This document shows, piece after piece, positions 53,365 to 64,000 of a stretch of 64,000 bases of DNA. Position numbers and translations under genes: made by a program. Origin of the DNA: Octopus vulgaris. Its lineage: Eukaryota. Below the pieces are notes generated by a model. The model ran no database searches. It was given only the letters and a program-made list of their open reading frames with translations, and was not told the origin of the DNA. Position 1 is the stretch's first letter. Each line of letters opens with the position of its first letter. The DNA lies in the NCBI GenBank assembly GCA_951406725.2, contig OX597820.1, positions 90,148,001-90,212,000 of the forward strand, read 5' to 3'.

Positions 53365-53590
53365 GCATGGTTATACTTGAAAGTTCATTAAATTCAAAAG
53401 TGTTTAATACAGATAGAATCAGATAATATATAATAATGGGTAAGTAGAAGAAAATAAGATATGTTGATAAATAATAAAAGTAAGAATAGAAAACTTTAGT
53501 TGGAATCGAAATAGCTGTCAGAGATGACGGTTAATTTTTTAAAACTAATAGATAATTATCAATTATCTCTCTATTTGTGTATTTCTCTGT
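52500..53590. mobile_element. Penelope-type relic with inverted ends
   Basis: atctctgacagctgtttcgatt (52556-52577) is mirrored by aatcgaaatagctgtcagagat (53504-53525). There is an internal (TTA)n at 53222-53361. Confidence 0.65.
52555..52640 (-). ncRNA. Hammerhead motif with intact core and long stem II
   Basis: ct-CTGAGGA-gatt..gactttta..taaaagtc..aatc-GAAA-cagct-GTC^ag; palindrome ACAGCTGT; stem I is only 2 bp in this copy. Confidence 0.7.
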
Positions 53591-53630
53591 TTGTATATGC
53601 GTGTGTATGTGGTGAGTGAGTGTGTGAATG

Positions 53631-53670
<40 letters not shown>

Positions 53671-53699
53671 CATGTGTGCATGCATATGCATAACTAACT

Positions 53700-54012
53700 G
53701 GCACGCCCTCGGTTATGACTATGAGTGTTTCAGTTTATCCGATCAGCAGAACAGCCTGCTCAGGAAATTAACGTGCAAGTGGCTGAGCACTCTGCAGACA
53801 TGAATATTACAGAGTAGGTCTCAAGGGGATGAAGGGGATGAAGTGTGACGCAGATTTTCACAAGGCTAGCCCCTTGAATTACAAGTACAGCTCAATTTTG
53901 TCTGTTGAGTGGACTAGATCAAAGTGAAATGTAGTGCCTTCCCCATGGACACAGCGCGCTGCCAGGAATCGAACCTTACGGTCATTTGGCGATTACCTTG
54001 GCTACTAAGCCA
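53700..54012 (-). mobile_element. SINE family C-related copy
   Basis: gtggctgagcactctgcagac..gagtggactagatcaaagtgaaatgtagtg..ggaatcgaacc (B box on the minus strand). Confidence 0.65.
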
Positions 54013-54395
<383 letters not shown>

Positions 54396-56384
54396 TCTAT
54401 TGAGATATGTACTTAGGTACCTGTCTTTTCCATCGCCCTATATATATGTATATATGCGCATGTTTATGCATGTTTATGCATACTCTCTCCCCCTCTCTCT
54501 GGGGTTTCCAAAATAAAAAAAAAGTTATCATTTGACAGATGCATTGATTGTCGTATTGATATGTGTTACCTTAATGAAAGTGTCATTCTGGAAGCGGAGT
54601 AACTGGATATATTCATTTGTCTAATTGCTTTCGTGTAATGATTTTTATCACCGCTACATGTATCTCGTTTTGCTTTTTTAATTATTTTCTCTGAAGAAAA
54701 CGTAAGTTTACACTACATTATTTTACGAAAAGTAGATGTACCAGGTACCAGGTTCTCTCTGAAAATATTTACAGAGTTAATATCCCATTGATGCACACCT
54801 ATGATCAAGCCAAGGCAAGCAATTGAGTTTATTGCACTAATTTTATTTTATATGCCACAAATCTCAGGTTTGAGAAGAAATAGGTAGTTTTGAGTTTATG
54901 CGTTTCCAAAGGCTATATTAACATAACCGAAATAGGCGGATTTACTTCTCGAAGCACAAACTTAATTACATATGAAGGAAAGTGGAAAAGCAAAGTAGAA
55001 AGAACCACAGTTGTTTATCTGTGCAAGTTGCTATTGATCTTGTTAAGAAGAACAGTGAAGTCAACCTTGTAAGTTGCATAATGCTGTATAGGAGCACATA
55101 TAGAGGCTTGATCTAAAGTAATTTAAGGGGTCGAAACCTGAAGAAAGTGAGTTAGCTTGGCATTAGTTTATATTATTACGTAACACCAAGTAGGTTTCCA
55201 TTTATTTGCTGTTACATAGTGATATACGTTAGGCATGGAAGAAACTACAGAACATCCTTTATAGAACGAAAATTCTAAAAACGGGAGATAATTGTTCAGA
55301 TTATTTGTAAACTGAATAATCTGAAGAACGCTTGGCAATTTGATTATGGTTAATGCTGACTTCGTTAGTGAGCATAGAATTGAAGTTTATAACACTTGTC
55401 ATAGTGGTACATTTCTTAAATGACTAAAATCTGCCGCAACAACAGCACATTATGTTTTAAAATTCAATAATGATCCAGCGGATTTCAATGAAAAATACGC
55501 GTTGTGAAAGTAATGACTGAATCCAAGGACATTCTGCATTCATTGTTGTTAGTTAAAGTCATTCTTCAATTTTTTAACGTCAAGTAGACATGGAAACTAA
55601 CGTTCGAATTACATACAGTTTTCAAATTGTATATATTCTGTAGTAATCCCTGTTGAAATTAATTTCATGTCAAAGAGTGCTGAGTGCCGGTTGTGATTAC
55701 GCTTGGTTAGGTTTTTATCATTCCCTTCAATGCCTTTTTGGCTACATTTCGGAATCTTCTGAAAGTCGGGTGATATGTATCGTTGTTATTTCAACAGCCT
55801 TTTAGCGGCCGACGAACAAAGCCTGATGTCGAAGTCGTTTAGTTGTGAAATGTATTGAGTTTGGATGGATGCCATACCAGGCATTCTGTAAGTGCTTCCT
55901 ATGGCAGATATAAATAATTTCATGGCATTTGTGATTGCAAAAGATTAAAGCCTAACTTAAATGTAAAAACCAAGCGAAATAAACAAAATATTTGTGCAGA
56001 TCTAGGTAGCTTGTAGATTTGGTAGTCATTTTTTGGTTTCGATACTACTCTTTATCTCGCTATCACAACACCAATGTTGTTATCAGTAAGAGTCACAGTG
56101 ATAAATATTATATATACAGCGGGGAGAAAACGCTATGCTGTTAAGTAAAAGATGATTCTCTTATGTAAATGTTGTAAATGCTGGTATAATTTTAGAAGGC
56201 AGTCAGAGACAGATTATTAAGTGAAATTTTACACTCCGCCTCAGATTTGTCGTCCATTATAGACATATCTATATATCTGATCTATATGTACTTGCAAAAA
56301 TAGAAAACATAATAGAAAGAATTTGCTAATATGAAAGACAAATCACAACCTCCTATCCTCTCATTGCATGTCGAAATATATACG

Positions 56385-56415
<31 letters not shown>

Positions 56416-56517
56416 CTTAGAGGGACAGAAACAACCAAAATTAGACTGGTTGAATATCTTATAATATGAGCACACATATATATTATCATATATACTAATA
56501 TAAATACCAAGAACGAA

Positions 56518-56715
56518 GATGGAAATAAGGTTAATAAAAATTTATTAATACATTGACAAGACCTACAATTGTTTCAGTTCATCGCTTAGAGTATAAAATC
56601 AAATTAAAGTTAATTAAATCAGTTTGCTTAATTAATTAACCAAAACAAGAGCTGAATGAAACAATTGTAGATCTTGTTAACATATTAATAAATTTTTATT
56701 AATCTTATCTCCATC
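56518..56715. repeat. 59-bp inverted repeat whose inner ends are hammerhead 3' halves
   Basis: Arms 56518-56576 and 56657-56715; each reads tGAAA-caattG-TA outward from the loop (palindrome ACAATTGT). Confidence 0.8.
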
Positions 56716-57151
56716 ATCTCTATTCCAAATTGAGGAAGTGGAACATATAAAACGGGAGCTACGGGATTCTTAGGTAGCTGATTTTCTGAGATAATAGTTA
56801 CTCAATAAGACATACTCAGCGTAGCTAATCAACCTTAATTAAATAAATGTTACCTTGTCGCTTGGAAATTCTTCGAACTTAGATATATAAAAAAAAATGT
56901 GCAACATTTTATTGAAAAAAATTGCTAATGTTTCTTTGCGTACACCCACCACTTTTACTTCTCTCTACCTGCCATGGACTGCCTGAAGCTTACAAACTTC
57001 CGACATTCGCATCCCTGGATCTTGCCCTTAATCCCCCCCACACACACACTCACACATACACACATACACACACACACACGCACACGAACATACACATATG
57101 TAGGTACACACACACTAGCATACACACATATGTAGGTACAGACACACACTG

Positions 57152-57201
<50 letters not shown>

Positions 57202-58459
57202 ACATTAATATACATATATATGTGCATTAAATTCTGCCGGCAAAATGTCCAATCGTTCTTATCTGAAGTACTCGGTAAATATGAGATTAAATTGAGTTAC
57301 TGAGTTCTCACCCTTTGCGTAGGTGAGAAATGTCGAATGATGTTAAGGACTTCAAAAAATATTCATAAGAAATACAGGAAAAATTACTTAAATGGAAACG
57401 GGTATGTTGTAAGTGAGGCACTTGATATTTAAAAATAGATATTTAAAAGGTGAGATTTACCTTGATTTTGATATTTCATCATAGCTAATTTACATAAAAC
57501 AAGTGAATTTTTCTCCTGGCAATTTTGTATTACACATGGAATTTAATCAGAGAAAAATATACATCGTATTGAGTAACAGCAACGTTTGTGAAGATAACTG
57601 TATTGTAATAAACTGTAAGATATGTGGGAGGAAATGAAAAATGTACTAGTATCAAGTACTGGATTACACGTTCCAAGTCCCATATTAATTGTTGTAATGT
57701 TAAGATGACTTAAGCTACAAGTTCAGGTATAGATGCAGCTTCAGTATTATCTGTAGAATTACAAACTATTGTAGAGTGTGTTAAGAATCCTACTTTCAAT
57801 ATCGTCAAAGCTGGGTTCTATCAGAAGAGAATGATTTCAATGACTTCAATAGGATTCAATATGTTTGCCGTTGGATAGGATAACTCACATATTTACTGAT
57901 AAATAGGAGGTGCCAATATTTATATTTCTCTTTACTAGTAATGATAGCTGGAATTCTGATATTGAAGCCAATATTGATATACCAATGGTAGAGTTTCCGT
58001 ATATTGAAAATTTTAAATAATTGAAATTGTATGTCTATTAGTGATCGAACAAGAATTATTGGATCTCGCAGGGATTGCTTCCGGGCTGGTACACAAAATA
58101 TTTGAGCCTGTTGTGTACAACTGCATTCAAAATGATTTACCACTCAAATTTCATTGTTTAATATCGCTCTTGGTTGTCCCCGCAATATGAATGAAATTCA
58201 AATATATCTTAATTATATAGTTTACATGTCCCCCAAATACAATATGCCGTACAATCGATCGTAAAGGGTAAGGTACTAAGCGACTGCAATAGCATTTGCT
58301 GATTAATATAGTGGGATTTATGTCCCTACCGGTAACCTACCCACGCGCATTGAAACTTTATCAAAATTCGTTGGCACATCCATTTTTGAAATAAAAATCC
58401 ACTGTCCGTATTCACCCCCATCGACTGGGGGTGAATAGGAACAGGGAAAATTAATATGA

Positions 58460-58780
58460 GCGGTATAGAGAAAATAGTAAAATACTAGGACGTAGCCATT
58501 GAGTGAGATAGACTTTGGAAAGTCTGGGTAAAATGTATCCCTCTCATTATAGCTGCATAAGCCAACTAAAGATTTAAGCAGATGGGGAAAGGAATAGACA
58601 TAACATTTAGTTTAGTACAGGTCCAGAAAATAGTGTTATTAGGGACAGCTAGAATTCTTAGAAGGGTCTTTGGCATGTAAGGCTGCTTTTTGTAGCCCGA
58701 TGTGATGAATGTTTCTTTTCCAAGTCTAATATGTTGTGCGTAAGTGAAATAATAACATTAATAATATATCATTATTATAA
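58460..58780 (+). mobile_element. R4/Dong-type LINE 3' end (RLE C-terminus)
   Basis: KIVKY*DVAIE*DRLWKV..IPLII..VQKIVLLGTARILRRVF*, followed by a TAA-rich tail. Confidence 0.85.
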
Positions 58781-58789
58781 TTTTTTTAG

Positions 58790-59026
58790 CAGCTCCATGT
58801 GTCTTGGATATGTGCTGTTGTATGTTGTCTTGCTCTTATTTTCACTGTATTAAAAATGCTTTACGTAGGACGTGTGCGGAGCCTAGTAGTACTATTTTTT
58901 GTATGATATATACATTTGTCAGTTCTGTTGCTTTGGTTATGTATCTGTCTGATGCTTCTTGTCATACATAATGCACCTACTATTATAGGAAGTGTTTGTC
59001 TTAGGCGCCACATTCGAATTGCCACT
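58790..59026 (-). mobile_element. R4/Dong-type LINE 3' end
   Basis: RMWRLRQTLPIIVGAL..IQKIVLLGSAHVLRKAF, with a frameshift. Confidence 0.83.
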
Positions 59027-59053
59027 GTCTAGAATACTTGTATTTTGAATTTT

Positions 59054-59086
<33 letters not shown>

Positions 59087-59127
59087 ACCCACCATCACCA
59101 ACACCACCACCACCACCACCACCACTA

Positions 59128-59633
59128 CTATTATTGTTATTATTATTATTGTTATTGTTATTATTTTATCTTTATCACAGGTTTTGTTTGAGCTCCTGGA
59201 GTCATGTATGCATAGCGGACTTACTACCTGCAGCTTACTGTACCATGCTATTCGTTTTTTTCAGTTATCTAATACTTTCCTGATTATTCTAGCTGTGCCA
59301 AGGAGGGAAAACGTTTGTAACAGTTTGACTGGGCACTCTATTCCAATTTCTGTATATTCCTCTTGATGCCTTCTGATACTGCTCCGAGGACCCAACAATA
59401 ATTGGCATTATCTTCATCTTCATTTTCCATAGACGCATTATTAAGTACTTAAGAGGGTCGTATTTATCTGTCTTCATCTTCTTGACTATTCGTGGGTCAA
59501 ACGAGCATGCAACATCAACTATATAGCATGTATGGTGCACCTTGTCCGCCGCCACTAGGTCCAGTCTGTTATGTTCTTACACCTGATCTGTTTGGATTGA
59601 GAAATCCCAGAGAATTTTGCTAGACTCCGACTC
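59128..59633 (-). mobile_element. R4/Dong-type LINE 3' end with (TAA)n tail
   Basis: KILWDFSIQTDQV*EHNRLDLV..CYIVDVAC..DKYDPL..RLWKM..PIIVG, the RLE domain; (TAA)n at 59128-59165. Confidence 0.88.
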
Positions 59634-61399
59634 TTATATATATATATATATATATGGGAATTAAATAACAAGGATGTCAGGGTTTTAGTGCATTACGGCC
59701 GTTTCAGGAGGCTCCATTTAATCGATCAATGCAAGCTCTACTTCTTTGGGTATATTGAATACTAACTGCATTAGATCTTTTCATGATAAATGTAGCTATA
59801 TTATCATCTCATTATCCCCATTGTTATTTTCTTCTGCCACTCCAAATTATAGTTTGTGTATATACTCCCTAAGTTTATTCTACTACAATGATAGAAACAG
59901 ACATGTACTACAATAATACCAACAGACATGTAGTACTTTTAGTCTTTAGTTCTCAGGAAAAATTTGCTAACAGATTATAAGGGAGTATACTGTAATAATT
60001 TGCCCATTAAATCTTTGTCCTATATTAACTTTTCTATGTCGAAGGAACGGTGTGGATGATAATTTTGCTGACTGCTCTCTCTCTCTGTCTCCATCAACAT
60101 GTGTGCGCGCGCGCTCATGTTCGTGTGTGTATATCAAGCGAAGAATGGTGGTACTACTATTACATTAAGAGTATGTATTTGGTGTTCATATTCTTTGTAG
60201 GAAGGAGTTTCTGATAAACGTTTTGATATAAGAAGTATTAAAGATGACGGTATAGAATAGTAATTGACACGATAAATCTAGAAGCTGAATTCATTAATTG
60301 GTTTGTATTCAAATAGTTGTCTTTTTGAGAGGGTAAAACACTGTTAAAGCTGTATATGAAGTGCAGAATGCCATGAATGAACCGTAAAAGGCAGGTCAAA
60401 TTTAGCTTAATATTGTAAATGATCCGAAGAAGAACAACAAAGGATGGAAGAGAAAAGAAGGAAGATGATATATAAGTGAGGATAAGAGAGCGATAACTTA
60501 AAAGTGTAAGCACAATACCCTGTCTCGAATGACTACACACATAAAGAGGGCAAAATTATTTTCAACAAGGACAAAAAATGTATTTAAAAATTCCACAGCC
60601 ACTTTATTAGAATTATACGCTCAGAAATGCTGACATTACAACAAAAAATTTCGCAAATTACAATATTGGGAAAATAGCAAAGCAAAATTCCGAATTCAAA
60701 AATTTTTGAATTGAAATTACTAGCATGCAAAGAATACAGAAAATGTAGATATATAAAATTTTCAGTTTCAAAAAATGTTTATTTAAACTTTTGAGATAGC
60801 CGTAATTCTACAAGCGCATATTCATGCATATATGCAGCATCGTGGACTCCGGATGTACGGATGCTCAGAAATTCATATAATTATTTGTATAGGCTTAATA
60901 GACAGATGCCTGATCCTGCATTTGCTTTGGTGATTGATCACCATAATCATGTGCAGAGAATATGCGAGTAGAATATAAATGCAAACAAGGAGTGCATTGC
61001 ACAATTTATACATACGGGTTACATAGACAAATATTTAACTTTCGATTAGGAATCACTTGAGAAGCTGACAAACGGTGAACGGTATCTAGAAAAGCAATAA
61101 ACCACTATGTTACAATTTATTTAAGAATTACTTGACAATCGGTTAAACCTGTAATAATAACCACATTTTCAATTGTAAGACAAGGATAAATGTTGTCAAC
61201 ACAGAAATTGCTGAAATTGTAGAATTGGTAAACCTCGAAAAGTAAGTAAAATAAAAAGCAGCAAGCATCGCAGAAGTGCATTTTGTTTCTTCCTTCTTTG
61301 TCTAAGGTTGCAATATTTGCTTTTAGCGAAATCTAGTCAATGTAAAAGGAAGAGTACTCTTATTTATAAAGAAAACCCGAATGTTTAAGAATATACCTA

Positions 61400-61630
61400 T
61401 TTCTTTACAATCCACAAGGGGCTAAACACAGAGGGTACAGACAAGGACAGAGAAACAGATTAAGTCGATTACATCGACCCCAGTGCGTAATTGGTACTTA
61501 ATTTATCGACTCTGAAAGGATGAAAGGCAATGTCGACCTCGGCGGAATTTGAACTCAGAACGTAACGGCACGCGAAATACGGCTACGCATTTAGCCCGGC
61601 GTGCTAGCATTTCTGCCAGCTCGCCGCCTT
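61400..61630 (-). mobile_element. SINE family A, full length
   Basis: Near-identical in layout to 26120-26349; flanked by a duplicated cgaatgtttaagaatatacc (61378 and 61631), a probable target-site duplication. Confidence 0.92.
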
Positions 61631-61989
61631 CGAATGTTTAAGAATATACCATCTGCAACATTTTATGATAATGTAAACGTGATTTCATCTATGTCACCCC
61701 TTACACAAAAACACGTAAACTACATGCGCACGCATTAGAGGTAAAATGAAAATCAATTCAACACGTTGAATTCGCGCAATGTATACATTATACATGTTTA
61801 AACATACAAAATTGCAACCAGTGATCCCATCCAGGAGTTAACATTCGAATATTCAGACCAAGGAGTTTCAACATTGATAGCAGCGTACCACATTTATTAA
61901 CATTAATTAATACTTATTATGAAGGCGGTGACCTAGCAGAATCTCCAGCCGGTATCAAATTACTATTTATTAAGTTATTCATGTGTGCG

Positions 61990-62830
61990 TACAAAGTGTG
62001 ATCAATAAGTATCAGGGCTGTGATCATAGTAACGAAGCTAAAGCATGCAGAATAAAACCGCTTGGTAAAGATTGACCTTAACCTCTGCTGTGCAAAGGCA
62101 CTACGTTTTAACGATTTAGCTGTTTACAGCTGTGCCTGGAAGGAACGAGTGTAGCGTGTGATCGTCACATTTACCATGACAGAGAAAGTTGTCATCGCGA
62201 TATCTGTTGCAGAAAGTGTATGGAGAGGTGTGTATGAGCCGCACAAGAGTGCACAAGTGGTTCAAACGTTTCGAAAAAGTGTCGATATTGAGAAACGTTC
62301 TGGGAGACACGCAATCAGCAGAACTTAGAAACACATTGCAGAGATGCGTGCAACTTTGAGAGGAAATCGTCGAATTACCACCTGTGAGTTATCAGATGTG
62401 CACATTAGTTATGATTCGGTTCAATCCATTGTCACCAAAGATTTGCGTATGCGACGCGAGTCTGCCAAGTTTGTGCCAAAACTGCTTTCAGTTGACCAAA
62501 ATGACACACGGGGTTTCAGTTGAACAAGGTCTCCTTGATTATGTCAAGAATGATGCACACTTTTTGAATGCTTTACCTTGGCCTCTGAGCAGGTGTGGTC
62601 ATGCGCTTGGCAAAATTTGATGCAGATTCACTGCTCAACTTTTTCTGTTATGTTTGATGCGACGATCATACGCAACAAACCTTCCTTCCAAGCACTACCG
62701 TAAACACTGGTAGTGCGCTAGAATGTTAAAACTTAGTGCGCATGTACAGCACAGATGAAGGTTAATCTGTGCTGAGCAGCTTTAGCTTCATTATTATGGC
62801 AGCGTTCCGGGTACTTATTGATCATATTAC
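61990..62830. mobile_element. Mariner-derived foldback element with two inverted 5' ends
   Basis: tgatcaataagtatc.. and ..gtacttattgatca termini with about 230-bp imperfect inverted arms; internal DLRMRRESAKFVPKLLS. Confidence 0.85.
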
Positions 62831-62863
62831 ACCCACACAACACACACACGCACACACACACAC

Positions 62864-63950
62864 ATATATAAATTAATAAATAAAATATATGCATACATAC
62901 ATGCATACATATATGTACGTACCTACATCTACATGTATATATACATGCATATGTAAATATATATATGTGAGTACAGGACAACACAAATAGACGTAGAACT
63001 CAACGAGAAACGAAAACGTAAAAACAAACATGGAAACGGACTTTTACTCACATATATATATTTATATATGTATGTATATATACATGTAGATGTAGGTACG
63101 TACATATATGTATGTATGTATGCATAGATTTTATTTATTAATTTATTGCATGACTGAGCGCCCTCGCGTCGTTTCGTTTCGTTTCTTTTCTGTTCTCCAA
63201 GTAAGTTTTTATATATAATTATGACGCGAAACTCTGTAACCCTTTGCTTGACCTTCCCTCCCTTCCGGTCTCCCTTCCTCTTTGCCTGTCTCTCTCCTTA
63301 TTTTTCACCCTTTCTAGTTTCCTTTCCTCTCTATCTCACTCCTCCTCATCTCTCACACAGCCGAGTCGACCACTTCCTTTCGCTGGCGGCCTCCTACAAG
63401 TGAACATGATTTTTTTCCTGCGCTCTTGAATTTTTCCATCGTCTAGGCTAAAAAAGGCCCTCAATGTTTGTTTCCTTGTCCTGTTTTTATTCTTTACTTG
63501 TACTATATTTTCTTGTATTTGTATTTTTACTTTGTATTTGTTTTTTATTTGTATTGATTTTACGTCCTGTTTTTGTCACATTTTTTTTCTTTTCCTTGTT
63601 TTTACCCCTCTGCAAAGGAATTTTATTTAATTCTTTCGCAGGAAGGGCTAGTTCGACGAGTCGTGTTCTATCCTTACCTTCGAAACACGCATGGAGTCGA
63701 ACTAGGGAAGGTGATGAAGGGGAATTTTCCTTGTATTGTTTGTCTTGTACTCTGTTTTTTCGTTGTTAAAAAAAGTCCGTTTCCATGTTTGTTTTTACGT
63801 TTTCGTCTCTTGTTGAGTTCTACATCTATTTGTGGTGTCCTGTACTCACATATATATATTTATATATGAATGTATATATACATGTAGATGTAGGTACGTA
63901 CATATATGTATGTATGTATGTATGCATATATTTTATTTATTAATTTATAT
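62864..63950 (+). mobile_element. Non-coding element with Penelope-style inverted plus direct terminal repeats (period about 798 bp)
   Basis: 62864-63045 is inverted relative to 63771-63950, and 63045-63146 repeats directly at 63843-63948. Confidence 0.85.
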
Positions 63951-64000
63951 ATATATATATATATGTATGTGAAAACATGCTTACACATTCAGATATACGC

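Noticed and set aside
57780-58260. Possible CR1/L2-like RT fragment (IILNAVVHNRL)
   Set aside because: Too degenerate to support without a profile search.

Overview
AT-rich, microsatellite-saturated eukaryotic intergenic or intronic DNA. The tRNA-derived SINE families look like octopus (coleoid cephalopod) repeats; this is pattern recognition, not a database result. I can support no intact host protein-coding gene: almost all listed ORFs are microsatellite read-throughs or decayed transposon frames. Decayed elements include Tc1, mariner and piggyBac-like DNA transposons, L1/Tx1, RTE and R4/Dong-type LINE fragments, three abundant SINE families and a Penelope-like GIY-YIG endonuclease relic. 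The main signal is a set of about a dozen minimal type I hammerhead ribozyme motifs or relics (CYGANGA, stem II, GAAA, palindromic stem III, NUH). They sit in small non-coding elements with Penelope-style inverted plus direct repeat architecture, mostly inserted in (TA)n tracts. The youngest (29630-30487) is a near-perfect 360-bp retrozyme-like tandem. Its monomer appears to carry interlocked hammerhead cores on both strands, a viroid-like arrangement. Ribozyme activity is inferred from sequence only.
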